NCBI RefSeq assembly: GCF_036321535.1
Contig: NC_087436.1
Span: 21,640,001-21,704,000 of the forward strand
DNA: 64,000 nt
Reading direction: 5' to 3'
From: Camelus dromedarius
Taxonomy: Eukaryota
This document shows, in pieces, positions 49,380-62,763 of the stretch. A program made the translations under genes and the position numbers. A model generated the notes under the pieces. It was not told the origin of the DNA and did no database searches. It saw nothing but the letters and a program-made list of their open reading frames with translations. Within the stretch, counting starts at the first letter, position 1. Each line of letters begins with the position of its first letter.

Positions 49380-49760
49380 ACATAGCCATCATTTCTTGTC
49401 TCCTGTATCTTCACTTCTCTGCCTCTATCCAATAAGCAGTGAACACACGCAAGATATGCACATGTTGAAAAGAACAGAACACCCTTTCTTCTGTATATCC
49501 CACTCCACCTGCCCGCATTTGTCTCCCATGAGGGAGCCAAGCATTTTGGAGGGGATGTCCAGCATTTCCTCTACTTTCCCGTTTCACTATAGTCTGGACT
49601 TTATCCCCACAGCTCCAATGAAACTGCTTCTGCCAAGATCTCTTGGAGGCTTTGAGTTGCATTTCACAAGTGGTTCTCTGTCTTTGACCACTTGGCAATA
49701 TCAGCTCTGTTAACTATTTCTTAAAAAAATTCTTTATTTTTCTTAATACTGAAATCTCCT
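49380..49760 (+). mobile_element. L2 RT-region fragment
   Basis: 'tagtctggactttatccccacagctccaatgaaactgcttctgccaag' corresponds to the L2 QSGF..HHSTETALAKV motif. Confidence 0.6.
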
Positions 49761-49798
49761 TTTCTTAAATTTAATTATTGAATATAAAATGTTTTTGA

Positions 49799-49836
49799 CT
49801 CTCTCTCTCTCTATATGTGTGTGTGTGTGTGTGTGT
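49799..49836. repeat. Compound (CT)n(AT)(GT)n microsatellite
   Basis: Read directly. Confidence 0.9.
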
Positions 49837-49949
49837 ACAGAATATCTGTGTAGTGTAAGAAAAAATAATCATCATGCTTGTGCCGTCTCCCAGCTGTGTC
49901 TCTCTCTCTGCTTGGAACTGCACTAAATCCTTAGACCAGCCTGAGTAGA

Positions 49950-50505
49950 TTTGACCTCTTGTATTATTGATGTTAATCTTTGTATCCGTGAGCACAGTGT
50001 ATTTCTTCTTTAGTGCCTTTTAAGACAGTATAAACATTTGCTCTATAAATGTCCTTTACATCCTGTGTTAGTTTTATTTTTAGGTATCTCGTTTTAATTG
50101 TAGTTATTTAAAATTGTATCTTTTTTGAAATTACATTTTCTAACTATTTGTTAATGGCATATAGAAATATTATTGATTTTAATGTATTGATCTGAGAAGC
50201 AGCCACTTTACAAAACTATCTTATTCTAACTTTGTATTTTCTGTAAGCTTTGCTGTTTCCTAAGTATATTTATTGCAATAAGAGTCTATTGCTAGTAAAC
50301 GCTCTTGGTTTCTGTTTATCTAAAACTGCCTTGATTTTGGGCTTGCTATTGAATAATAGCGTTATGCAATTCCAAGTTGATAGTTTTTCCTCTCAGCACT
50401 TAGAAGATATTGTTCCCACAGTGCTCTGGCTTCTATTGTTACTACTGAGAATTTGACTGTCAGTCTAATTGCCATTTCTTTGTAGCGATCTATCTTTTCT
50501 TTCTG
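49950..50505 (-). mobile_element. Old L1 fragments
   Basis: 'ggcatatagaaatattattgattttaatgtattgatct', 'tcagcacttagaagatattgttccca...ctctggcttctattgttactactgagaa'. Confidence 0.65.
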
Positions 50506-52067
50506 GTTAGGATAAAGGGGAACCACAAGGGAGAATGCAGAAGGTCGGGAGTAACGGCAGCAGGGCTGTCGCAGAGGGAGAGGTTACTGGACATTGGGAG
50601 GGAGAGTGGCGTCGTGCAGGAGCGGTGATCTTCTGTCCAGAGGCACAGCCAGTCCTGGGACTTCCCAGGGAAGGAGCCAAGGCCACAAACACCTGCACGC
50701 AGTCCCCCTCCTTCCTCCCATCTCCTGCCTGTGCTCTGTGTGCATTAAACCTTCAAAGAAGCCAGGAGTCATGCTGTGATTGACATGTTGACAAATAAAG
50801 GTCAGATCAACAGAGGGGCAGAGACTTGGTGGGAAAGGGTGGAGAGTGTGGATCTAGACGGCTCAACACAAGGTATTTAGCCCTTGTGATTTAGTTTTCT
50901 TTTTTCTTCAAACCTGTCTAGTCATTTTCAATCATTTTTGTTCCTTTCTTAAATTTCAATCCCATCTTTTATTTCTTTAGGCATCTCATATTTAATTATT
51001 CATATTAGATCTGTTAGAACTGAAATCTTAAGCCTTGAATCTGTAGTTTTTGGCTTTTCTGCTGACTCTTGCCATGATGGCTTGTTTTCTTGAGTTCATT
51101 TTTTAATGTGAGCACATCTTGGCTAAACATAAATGTGCTGCTTACAGGACCTGGGTTGAGGATCTTTGCTCCAAAGAGGAGTTGCATTTATTTCTTCAGG
51201 GACCAGGGACCTCCACCACCTTCTCCATTATGAGCAGTGTCATTTAAACCTCAGACTCTTGTGAAAGAATAATTAGAAATACATTTAGTCAGAGAAGACT
51301 ATGCCTTTTTTTGCTCAGAGCTATGGTGGAGGCAGACAGATTACCTCATCTATTCCCTTTGTCGACGTGTAGGCGTTTTCCAGCCCGTGTTTTAGAAACA
51401 CTACTTCCCTTCTGAGAGTTGCAGTTCTGTGTGGGGCTCAGGGTCAACCTCACCAGGACGCAGGTCCAAGACCTTAACACCTATTCATCTATCCCAGGAC
51501 CTTGCATTTCCAAGGTCTGGTTTCCTGGTGTGACCACCTCTCCCACCCTTCTTGATTCATTGTTTATTTTAATTTGCCATTGAGAGATTGTCTTTAATTT
51601 CTTGTGGACTTAGCATTGTAAATATGATCGCAGTTTATCTGACATCTAGGACTCTGGTGTGAATGATTACCAGCTCTGCTGTGGTCTTTACTTCTTGTCT
51701 CACCCTGTCGATTTTCCCAAGGCCATTTCCTACCTGTCGTTTAAACTTGAGGTTCTTCAAAGTTCTGGCGAAGTCTCACTCCCTGTGTCATCTTACATTT
51801 GTGAATCAGTTATTACTTTAATTCACAGCTGACTGTAATCTCTGTGTGGGCGGTGATTGTGTTGATATTTTCCACCAATATCTCCCTAGTGTTTAGCATA
51901 ATTTGTAACACCTCCTAAGTGTCCAGTTCATATTTGTTGAATGAATGAGTGAATGGAAGAACCGTAATGTGTCTCAATAGAGAGTGTTTAGTTTGTTGTA
52001 CTGTAGGTGGGAGGGGTTGGAGCAGTAATGGTACGATAATGGATAAGTACTTTCATTTTACTTCAGT

Positions 52068-52356
52068 CTTTCTTGTTTTTTAAGTTAAAGTATAGTCAGT
52101 TTACAATGTTGTGTCAATCTCTGGTGCACAGCATAATGCTTCAGTCATACATGTACATATATACATTCGTTTTCATATTCTTTGTCATTAAAGGTTATTA
52201 CAAGATACTAAATATAGTTCCCTGTGCTAATCAGAAGAAATGTTTTTTTACCTACTTTAATATATAGTAGTTAATATTTTCAAATCTCGAACTCCCAAAT
52301 TTATCTCTTCTCACCCCCTCCCACCCCCTGCTCTCAGTAGCCATAAGATTGTTTGC
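52068..52356 (-). mobile_element. Camelid-type L1 3' end
   Basis: 'aagtatagtcagtttacaatgttgtgtcaatctctggtgcacagcata...cattaaaggttattacaagatac'; similar to the copy at 60.2 kb. Confidence 0.88.
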
Positions 52357-54094
52357 TCTTCTCTTGATGAGATATATCTTGCATTTGGATTTGTCTCTAC
52401 CTTCATGCTGCAGGCAATGTTGAATATTTTTACCCCTCCTTTAGAAATGTTCGTCCATAATACACGTGGACATGCGGAATTCTAAACAGCTTTAGTCCGT
52501 AATGGGATTTTTCTGTCTGCTGAGGTGGGTGTTACTGCATCTGGTGAATAGTAACAAATTATTATTGACCTTTTTGCCAATTAATATGAGGACCTTCTAG
52601 CTTGCGTATGACTTTATCACATTTGATGGTTGGGCTTGAAGACTTAACTTCAAGTAGAGCAGATAAAATGAAATTAACTTCTGCTGATACTCAGAGGCAG
52701 GCAACAACTGAATATAGGGAAAAGCACTTTGAATGCAGAAGTAGCAGGCCAGGGTGAAATCCGGTTTTATCAATGTTGCACGGTTTTTATGCTAACAGCG
52801 TGGGACTGGGTTGTGTCTATGAGATTCTTCCCACAGAGGAAAATCTGGAGAACAAGCTCCCGCTGTGTAGAGGCAAGCCAAAGACTGACCCCAGAAATAA
52901 AGAACTTCTGGTTTTTCCAAGAGTGCTGACTGACCTTGAAAGCAAGTGACTATTAGAAGCAGTAAGACAGGACCTGATTTGTGTTCTCCGGTGAGCCTTG
53001 AAAACAATGGTGGCGGTGATGACTTTGGGAGTGATGGATCCCGCGGAGAGGCACCAATAGGCGGTGGACAAAGAGATGCTACTGCAGATTTCAGGAGCTG
53101 CAGAGGGAAAGCTATTTCAATGACTGACAAGCTTCCAGGAGCTTTTAAAGATGAAAATGGTCATTGTACTTTATCTTGGCTATTTTAGAGAGCTTGCAGG
53201 GTTATTCATTTTTCCCGTCTGTCAGAAGCTGGAGAGTTGAGTTTGTGAAGGCTGTAGTGGGGAGAGCTCTTGTCAAAGTGTATAGAAACACAGGCTTAGC
53301 TGGCTGAGAGTTTCCACAGAGAAACAACCTTTGAAAAGCACAATATTAAAGATGAGGACAGTGCAACCCTGATATCAGAGAGGTAGGGCCTGTTGGGAGA
53401 ACCGACACTGTGCAATTTTATGAGATGCGAGTGGGCAAGGTTGTCTGTTTGTTTTGTTTGTGTTTGAGCTTAAGAAAACAGTTTAGCATCAGGAGAATGA
53501 AAAGAGGTTCCGAACTCTGTGCTGACTAGGACTCAGAGATTGGGGAACAGCAGGCAAAATCTGCAGGAGCAAACCTGAAGGACATCAGCTTCTCAGGTAA
53601 AATGCTGGCACTAATGCTATTCGCTCTTCTGTGGTGTTGTTCTGATGTATCAGAATATTCAGAATGAAGAACTTGTTTTATGACATTTAAGGGTGTATTA
53701 GCCTCATTCCCCTGTGTGGCCAAATGAATTTATGGACTTAACTAAAGTTCAGGGAAAGGATTTACCATCCTGAAATTTTGACTGTGAGAACTGGGAAAAG
53801 AAAAAGTGTGGTCATTGCTTCTCATATATATATGTATATTTCTCAGATAATTTGTTAACTTTCATTCACGCTAACAGCATTGAAATTACATTTGAGCTGT
53901 TAATAGAAAACGGGCCACATAATCAAATTAAAAAGAAGTTTAGTGTCTAGAACAGGGAACGTAAACAACGGAACGTGTGAAAAGAGGCTTTTGTTTTCCA
54001 CATTGGTAGAAACAGGAGATCGAACAAAGGGTCAGTGAGCTCTTCCTTCTCGCTTGAGCGTGATGTAGCTCTGAGAATCTACACTTGCATTTTA

Positions 54095-54490
54095 TTTCCT
54101 GTTTCTTCCTTGCTGTGCCCTACGCTACAGGCAAATGAGGCTACTTGCTGGTTCCTAAACACACCCCCTGTTGTTCCTACTTCCTCCTGTTAGGGTGCTC
54201 TTCCCAATTCGGTCTCTCAAAATTCGACTCCTACTTTAAGGTCCATCCCAGGTCATACGCCACTCTTCAGCAAAGCTCTCCCCAGGTTTTCTAGCTGAAG
54301 GTGCTGTGTGCCAGGGCACTTGTGATTCTGCTATAATACTTTTCACGTGCTTCTTTGTGTTGTTTATTTACATGCCGTCTACTAGATTATAAACTTCTTG
54401 AGGTCAGGGATTCCATTGTTAGGTTCTCAATAATATATAGAATCGTGCTTTGCACATAACAGGCATTTTCTGTTTATATACTGAATTGAA
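54095..54490 (+). mobile_element. L2 3' region
   Basis: 'ctacttgctggttcctaaacacac', 'ctactagattataaacttcttgaggtcaggga', 'gtgctttgcacataacaggc'. Confidence 0.7.
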
Positions 54491-55128
54491 AATTGAGTAA
54501 AGGAAGTGATTTGCTGGTAGATTAAAGCCAACTTGATAAAGTTACAGTAAAATCTTAAACTTCTGTCATGCATTTATTGAAAATGATAAGATTTAATGAT
54601 CTAGAGTCTAAAATAAGTAAAATGGGGACTTTCTGGGGCATTTTAATTTCCAGATAAGAAGTTGGATTAGTACTCATATTAAAGTAATTCTAGTAACCGT
54701 GTGCCCTCTTGAAAAAGTGCTAAGGCTTCTAGAAGTCAAGAGAAAGAAAATAACGTCTCATATTCACAGAATGCACACAGCATGCCCTTCAACATGTCGA
54801 AAGGAACGTGGTTACTAGGAACGCCTGCCATGTACTTTAGCTCATCAAAGAGACCAACATGCTAATTTTGTGCTATTACACAAAACTGTCATTGTTTTTC
54901 CTCTCTCTGATATATTTCCTGGCTTTAAATTCTCTGAAATGAAATGGAGATGACTTAAAAACATCCTCAACGCTTTGTCAAGAAATGTGTCTCCAGACCA
55001 AGACACAAAGATTTCCATTTTGAACCATTTTTCTAATTTATATCACTAAAATTAAGGCATAATTTTTTTTTTAGTGCCGAGTTTTTTCTTTAAACTAAGA
55101 AGGGATCTTTTTAATGTAAAAATTGTTC

Positions 55129-55592
55129 TGTTGCCTGAAAAAATAAAAAAGCACACTGTGAGAACTGTGAGAATTGTTTTATTTGGGGCAAAATGAGGAC
55201 TCTAGCCCTGGAGACAGCCTCTCAGATAGCTCTGAGGACCTGCTCTGAAGAGGTAGGGGAGAGGTCAGTATGTATGTGATTTTAGTGAAGGGGGTCTGTG
55301 CAGTCAAGCACACATTTTGACAGAAGGTTCTGCTGGTCACGAGGAGCAGTGTCTCCATTACTGGTTTTAGTTTTTCCTAGATACAAGATGTAAGAAATTG
55401 GGCTCATAAAATCTCCTGAAAATACCCAACTATCTGAAGACCGGTTCTGCCAGCTTCTGCCAGAGTACAGAGTGCCTCATTCCTGATCTCTGCCCTGAGC
55501 TCCTTTCAGGGTGTGATGAAGGTCTGAGACTGCAGTGGCTAGTAACTTCATTCTTGTAGAACCAGATGGCGAGTGACAACTTTTTGTTGGCA
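55129..55592 (-). mobile_element. ERV1-class solo LTR (cetartiodactyl type), antisense
   Basis: TG...CA ends ('tgttgcctgaaaaaa' ... 'tttgttggca'); 'ttttatttggggcaaaatgaggac' gives AATAAA on the minus strand; 'ctctcagatagctctgag', 'ctgcagtggctagtaacttcattcttgtagaa'. Confidence 0.8.
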
Positions 55593-56779
55593 GTATGAAA
55601 TGGAATAATGTTCAGGTGGTCCAACTATGTTTTTGAGAGACAGGCATTGAAACCCTGTATCTGAATAAAGGACTGGGGAAAATGAAGTAGGCTGAGATCC
55701 CTATGACAGCTTATGACCAAAGAAAGCCACCCTCCTGGCATTGTAGAGAGAAAGCTCTTGAGGGGGTGCCTTTGGAGGGGGTGATTCATATCAGGAGAGC
55801 CATAGCTCTTGGAGTTGGAGTTAATTCCGAATTTCAAAGGGACCACTTACTTAATTGAGTAGGTTCAAGACAACACTTAGCAACTAACTACTTTAGCCTG
55901 TTCTAGGATGTTTTAAAGCCAAGAGGGTTTAGAGGAAGGAAAGTGGTTTAGGATAAGAGCCCAGAGGACTGACTGCTGCCGCCTGGTGCAGCCTTTGCTT
56001 TCTCATTGGAGATTTTCAGAGCAGGAAAACAGCTTTTATCTTAAAGCACTATCAGTCCGAATGAAACAACCAAAAGTCTTTTGTGTCCCCAAGGCAGAGT
56101 AGATTTTTATGAATTACTGTTGAAGGTAGAGGTCATTTGGAAGAGAAAATATTTAGTCGTTTAGATCATCTGCAAACAATAAAGCACTTTAATGAAAAAT
56201 GATCTTCATTTAAAATGACCATGATTGGTAGAAATTCAGTCTGTGCTTTTCAAAAGGCTACCTACTAGAAAAATTGTGCATTAGCTCTGCTGCGGTGGGT
56301 TGTTTGAGCAGTGGGTAGATTCGGTCGCATATTCTTGTAGCATTGCACATCTTAATTGTTTTTCATTCACGTTAGAAGAAACCCTACATTTTCGGAAGAG
56401 GTATGACTACCGTGAAAGAGAAACAAAGGGGCAATAGCGCTACCCTATTGTGTTTATTGTGCTACCAGGGTATTGTGCTACCACAGAAGGTTTCCTCTTT
56501 CTCTTGTTAATCACTTGGGAACATATTTTGAGAAGCTGTGAGATACTGAAGCTTTTGAATGAGAGAACACCTGGAAGCTGTGTAGTGAAAATGTGGTAAT
56601 CAGTGCTCCTGTTCACCAGATACTCCTGGCTCCCTACCTGCTGAGTGAGCACAGGGTGGCGCTTCCTGGTCCCTTGTGTTTGGATGGGAAAGTGACTGAT
56701 CTGACTAGTGACTTATGAGTGTCATTTCTTTACCTGAGCAATGGACTGCCACTGTGCCATCCTTCAGAAGTCTCTCCTT

Positions 56780-56980
56780 TTGTTCTGTGGTCAACAACGT
56801 ATTTTGAGATGGTGGCCACCCCATCAACCCGGATCCAGTATTAGGAGACGTGAGGCAGGTCCCCGCCGCAGCCCATCATGAACATGTGTAGTAAGTGAGA
56901 AGGAAACCTTTGGTAGAAGATGGGAAGACTGAGGGGTTGTTTGCTAATATAGCGTAACCTTGAACATTTTGACTGATTCA
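56780..56980 (+). mobile_element. MLT1J/K-like MaLR LTR 3' part
   Basis: 'catgaacatgtgtagtaagtgagaaggaaaccttt...gggttgtttgctaatatagcgtaacct...gactgattca'. Confidence 0.6.
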
Positions 56981-57154
56981 ACAGGAGGAATTCCAAACCA
57001 TAGGACCACGTTGGAAGACTATATGAAAAAAATGAGATGGGATGTCCAGCTGCACTGGTATAAGGAGGGGACCCGAGTCAGGTGTATCACATCATGGAAG
57101 GCAATATAACCTAAGGTTGAGAGCTGCCAGGTCCTCCAAGGCAAAGAGGCTGAG

Positions 57155-57315
57155 CCATTATTTCCACATCTATAAAATGGGAGGGGTTATCTAAGTACTT
57201 ACCTCCTGAAGTTGTTGTGATGATTAAATGACATGGTGCATTTGAAGTGCCTCCCACAGTGCCACGTAATAAACATGCAGTGAGCTTGCATGTTTACTGC
57301 TTTTTTTATTATTAC
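57155..57315 (+). mobile_element. MIR SINE
   Basis: 'tttccacatctataaaatggg...gttgttgtgatgattaaatga'. Confidence 0.7.
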
Positions 57316-57319
57316 AGTT

Positions 57320-57620
57320 GTAAGGACCCTTGAATTCTTCTGGTCGAACTTCCTAGCCATTTGAAGAATCACTTGTATAATATCTCAGGTAGTGGTCTTG
57401 CTTTTACCTGAAGTCTCTGGTAACATGGAACCTGCTGCCTTCTGAGGCAGGGAGAAGTTTCTCCGTGTCTGGAAACAAAGGCTGTCTTCCCATAGCTTCT
57501 ACCTATTGGTTCGACTCCTGAGCTTTCTGGACGCTCAGGACAAAATCTCATCTTCCTTCCACAGAAGAGTGCCAGATCCTTTAGTCAATCTTTCAGCGAT
57601 GCCTTCACTTCCTCAGATGC
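57320..57620 (-). mobile_element. L3/CR1 LINE fragment
   Basis: 'gtctctggtaacatggaacctgctgccttctgaggcag', 'agcttctacctattggtt', 'ccttccacagaagag' resemble the antisense L3 3' region. Confidence 0.5.
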
Positions 57621-58982
57621 GCTTTGAGGGTCAGTGACCCATTTATGCCGTGGATCCAGACCTACACACAGGACAGGTGAGTGAGTGACACCCCTGTCCT
57701 GTGACAGTCGAGTTTGGTGAGCACTTCCTACCTGCCAGGCTGTGTCCTCTCCACGATTCTGTGAGGTAATTTTTATTATTATCTCCATTTTATATTTAAG
57801 AAACTGAGAAAAGTAAAAATACCTCATTCTACCTGTTAATAAGACTGTTGACCACATAGGAAACTATATGTATATACAGTTGTAACTGGGAACTCACAGA
57901 ATAAACTGTACAATAAAAAATATGTTAAATACACTACATAGTTGATGGCAACTTGAAAAAGAAAATATGAAAATAACAATATATTAATATTGTTTAATTA
58001 GTTCTTATATGGTTAATATCAATCAGTTAAACCAATAATCAAATGTAAGAAATGTGTATTATTTTCAGGCTGATTAGTAACTTCTTGGATTATTCTAAGT
58101 AACAAAGAAAGAACATTGTCCCCTAAAAAAAGGTATAGCCACCTTGTGGTATCGTTTTAATTAAGGCCCTGTGTTTTCCCAACGCAATGTGTGAAGACAG
58201 AAAACCGACTGAAATATAGATCTCAGTGTTCCATGAGCAAGTAGTGTATAAATCAAATAAATAAATGAGCTCAAGAGAACGTAGTAAGTACTAAATCTTC
58301 ATTGAAGCTTTTAATAATGTTATTACTAAAAAATGTGAACTAAAAATAAAAAAAGCAATTGGCCAAGTTCTCGAGAGGCATTGTAATTCCTTTGAGAAAT
58401 AACGGACCAGGCAGAAGCAAGCTTGCATATTGTGAAGATAAGTCACACGGTTTGCTAATAAAATGCAGGAGACAGATTAAATTCTTAACCAACTATAACC
58501 AATATAAAGTTATAATAGAAACCATGAGATAGAGTCCTCTTAAAACCCATCAGATACACAAGACCAGCTTCATAAAACAAAAAAAAAATTAGAGTCAAGG
58601 GACTTAGAGTTGGCTAAGTTATTTCAGAGTCAACGTTCCTACATTAAAAGATTAAAAACAAATGCACAAAGCCCAACTAACCAACTATATGTGCAGAAGG
58701 GGAGCAAAAGGACACAGTGCTGTAGCACGCTGAAGGCATTCATTTGAACTGAGCACACCTGTCTTCCTCCCCAATACCGTCACAGCATACCTGGGGAAAG
58801 GACTTGTCAACTGAAATAGGAAAGGTTCCTCTTCTGCACGGAAACTTGTCATAGTTCTACGAACTCACTCATGATCTGTTAAATTCAAGGGACCTAAAAT
58901 GAAGTAGGAGTTATTCCCATTTCATCTAATTTAAATAATTCTAATTTTGGATTTTAAGTCGATAGCTAACCAGGACATACAC

Positions 58983-59420
58983 TGTTTCATGTTGGGTTTC
59001 AGGAGCCGAGTCTGAGACATGGATTCAGGAGACATGATTTATTGAGAGGATGCTCTTCAGGAAGGGAGAGGGCGATGCAGGCGAGGGAAGGGAGAAGAAC
59101 TGAGCAAAGAAGTGGTTTCAGGTGAATTCTAGCCTTGGCTCGACGTGGGGTAAATGCTAGCCTTGGCTGGATGTGGATTCACAGTGGGGGTGAAAGGAGG
59201 GACTATGCAGGCATAAACCACACCACGAACCACAGCACACCGTAAGTGGTCATCTAATGATGCCAGTCAGTCATTGGCTGTGGGCTGGGTGTGAAAGTGT
59301 GTGTGTACCTGTGGGGTGTCCGGGGAAAGGGACGTGGCAACTTCCCTGATGAGGTGACTCCTGTCTACACTGGCCCCGTAAATGGGCAGACATGGACAGG
59401 GCATCAACAGCCTTCACCGC
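58983..59420 (-). mobile_element. ERVL LTR16/LTR33-like solo LTR
   Basis: 'gagtctgagacatggattc...tgatttattgag', 'gaactgagcaaagaagtggtttcag', 'ccagtcagtcattggctg'. Confidence 0.6.
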
Positions 59421-60049
59421 GTATACATCTGAATTTTAGTTTTAACAACTTGCTGTGGTCTACAGAAGTACCTTTTCTAGATATCTGGCTGGAGGGAGAG
59501 GGTAAACAGCTAGAATTTGCAGCCTAGACGTATACTGGTGTCTCACCTACATTGGTAAATAGCTGTAGACGGGGATGAATTGGGAAAAGGCTTCATTTAG
59601 CATTCTGGTTTTATTCCCTGAGACGCATGTTGAATTTTCTATTGCCGTTTTAAGACCTCCCACTTTGTGTGCTTAGTTTCTTTCCCTGTTGCTTGGTGAG
59701 TGACTCAAATGCTAACCAGACCCTGTGTTCTGCATCAGTGGGGTGTAAGCCTTTACAAGTTGATTTGAAAAAAAGGAATCCAACATCTCAGCACATTCCC
59801 TCCAGGCCATGTGATAAGATCAGGAGAGCCCTGGATGCAGCCCCCTAGGCCTCTAGGTGTTTGAAAGTGAAGTTGCTTATTCAAACTACTATATCTATTT
59901 ACTTTCATCAGTACATACTCCTTCCTCAATGCTTGATCGTTCTTCTACTCCAGAGCATTTGAGTCTGAGAAGACCGGGAACACAAGTGTCTTAGACCCTC
60001 TTCCTTCTAGAGTAAGCACTGAAAGATCGTCCAACACACAGAGTGGAGC

Positions 60050-60680
60050 GGAGTCATTTCTCCCTCAAGAAAGATTCATTGGGAGCCTGTGAGACCCAGA
60101 TGTTCTTCTAGGTGCTGAGTATGTGGCAGTAAACCAAACGGGCAAAGTCCCTGTCCTCATGGCATTCACGTGCTAGTGGACCAGAAACTAATAAGCAAAT
60201 ATATCAGTGGGAGAGATATATTTTTTTTAATTGAAGTATAGTCAGTTACAGTGTGTCAATTTCTGGTGTACAGCATAATGTCCCAGTCATGCATATAAAT
60301 AAATACATATATTTGTTTTCATATTCTTTTTCATTAAAGGTTATTACAAGATATTGAATATAGTCCCTGTGCTATACAGATGGAATTTGTTTTTTATTTA
60401 TTTTTATAGAGAGATATACTTTTATTTTATGGATAAAAATAAAACAGGATGAAGAGTTAAGGATGTTGGGTGATTGTGATTTTATATAAACTAGTGAGGG
60501 GGAAGGAGCTGTATGATATAGGAACAACTGAACAGTGACCGACAGAGCCATGAGGGTATCGGGGAGAAGGGAGTTCCAGGCGCTGGGTGCAGCACACGCA
60601 AGTATGGAGAGGCACCCTGCCTGGAGAGTAATGTGGCTGGCAGGCTAGGATGGGCCGCAGGGCGCAGGAGCTCACCTAGC
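60050..60680 (-). mobile_element. L2 3' region split by an L1
   Basis: 'tgttcttctaggtgctgag...caaagtccctgtcctcatgg' left of the L1; 'ggagaagggagttccaggc' right of it. Confidence 0.75.
60226..60408 (-). mobile_element. Camelid-type L1 3' end with TSD
   Basis: 'ttgaagtatagtcagttacagtgtgtcaatttctggtgtacagcata'; TSD gagagatatattttt (60211-60225) / gagagatatactttt (60409-60423). Confidence 0.9.
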
Positions 60681-60864
60681 CGCAAAGTCTTTTCTATTGC
60701 TAATGTTATGTTGATTTTTATTTTTCTATTGTCAATGCCATTTTTACAATCCAGACTTCGAGGCATACAATTGACTTAACTTTTGGTTTCTGCAGAAATT
60801 GTCATTCTTCGGAAATAGAGATATAATTGGTAACAGACACGTGTATATATTTAAATTGCATTCC

Positions 60865-60865
60865 T

Positions 60866-60924
<59 letters not shown>
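60865..60924. repeat. (TTTA)15 perfect microsatellite
   Basis: Read directly. Confidence 0.95.
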
Positions 60925-62321
60925 TGGTGGAAAAACCAGGCCCTAGAACAGCCTCTGATGAGAAAAAGCCATGGAACTGTCACTTTGGTAAAAATGCCAA
61001 TAATGAAACCAAGAGCTGGCCTCATGTCTTGGGGAAAGCCGGTGTTGCTCAGGGAAGGGAAGATGGTCTTTGAAATTTGGGTGATGTATCGGAGGGAAGT
61101 GAAATGCTGGCGAGGGAAGAGGGTGAGAGCAGACTTAAGGGATCCACTTAGATCAAGGTGCTTCTCTCCCATTTTCCATGTAATGCCAGTAGTAGCTGGT
61201 TTCTTACTGGCTTTTCATTCTTCACATTAATGAAGTTCCATTTTCTTACTATTTTTGACTACTTGATTTTTTTTTTTTTCATATCATGTCACTTTCTTGT
61301 TATTTAAGTGTTGTCTCTCCCTTCCCCTCTCCCTTTCTGGAAAGCTGGCTGTTTATTTTTCTAATTCTAGTGAAAGGAAACCGAAAAAACCTCCTGGGTA
61401 AGTTTATCTAAGAAGTTCCAATTTCCTGGTGTCTTTTGTTGTTATTTTGGTTTCCTTTTTATAGCAATATATAGCCGTTGTAAAGCAGGTTTAGATGTTT
61501 TAAATTTTTTTTTTTTTTGGTTCAAATACATCCGGAATATAAAGTGGCACAAATATGGAGATGGAAGAGACCCAGGAAATCTTAATGTTAAGTTATTTAA
61601 AACGGATTTAGTTCTACTTGAAAGCTGACTTCCTGGGTGATGTGCTGTGGAGTCTTAATCCCTGGCTCTGGTTTCTGTGGTTGGCACACCTAAGCGTTTA
61701 ATCAGTCAGTCATCACTCTGCTAAGGAGACTGTTGTGGCCCCAGCATTATAGTTGGGCTGTCACCTCCCTGGATGTGCCCCTCGGAACGGGGATGAATTG
61801 GATGCGTGGAAGGTGTGTAAGGGCTGGGGAACATCTGAAGCAGCTGCCTGTCCGGAGATGAAAGCACTCCATATGCAGTTTGACTTGAAAAGACTGGATA
61901 ATCAAGGGGAAAGTAAGGAGAATGAAGAGGCTTGTAGGAGGCGGCTTGCTTGTGTTTGGCAAACCTATCGGGTCTGTGACTGCTAATTTCATTTCACACG
62001 CCTTTAGTTTTATGCTGCTTTTTAGCCATGGCTGGAAAGCTCACTAAACAACTTCTGTCCTGTAATCAGAATGATCGACCCCCTTGTTGAATGAACGCGT
62101 GCAGTGCAAGGTAAAGGAACAGGCCGGTAAACAGCTGAGAAAATAATCACATCCCATTTCCTCCCTGACTCCCATCTTCCCGGTTTGCACTTAGAATTTT
62201 ACATCGAGGACAACCGTTTCCATACAGAAGGCCTGGTGTGTGTCAGCATTTTAGAAGGTGCTATTTGAACTGAATCCATTCTTCTAGAAGTTCTTGTTTG
62301 TGGATACATCTGTTTCGCTCC

Positions 62322-62763
62322 TGATATAAGCTTCCTAGGGCTGCCCACCCAAGTACCACAGATCTGATGACTCAGAGCAACAGAGGTGTGTTCTCTCCCA
62401 GTTCTGGAGGCCGGAGGTGTGAAGTCAGAGTGTTGGCAGGGCTGGGCTCTCTCTGAAGGCTCTAGAGGAGGGTCTTTCCTTGCCCTGCCCTCGCTTCTGG
62501 TAGTTGCCGGCAGTCCTTGGTGTCCTTGCTTTGTCACTGTGATCTGTGCCCCCACTGTCACATGGCAGTCACCCTGTGTGGGTCTCTGTGTGTCTATTTT
62601 TTCTCCTTACATGGACAGCAGCCATGGATTAGGGCCTTCCCTGATCTAGTGTGACCTCATCTTAACTAATTAAATCTTCAAAGACCCTGTTTCCAAATAA
62701 GGTCACACAGTGAGGTTCAGGTGGACATGCATTTGGTGGGGGGCACTATTCAAACCAGTAACC
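62322..62763 (-). mobile_element. MLT1C-like MaLR solo LTR
   Basis: 'ttcctagggctgc...aagtaccaca', 'cagttctggaggc', 'gaaggctctagagga', 'gacctcatcttaactaatta...aaagaccctgtttccaaataaggtcaca'. Confidence 0.88.

Noticed and set aside
52946..53188. Protein-like ORF 'SLENNGGGDDFGSDGSRGEAP'
   Set aside because: Non-ATG start, no convincing splice acceptor/donor pair, no recognisable family.
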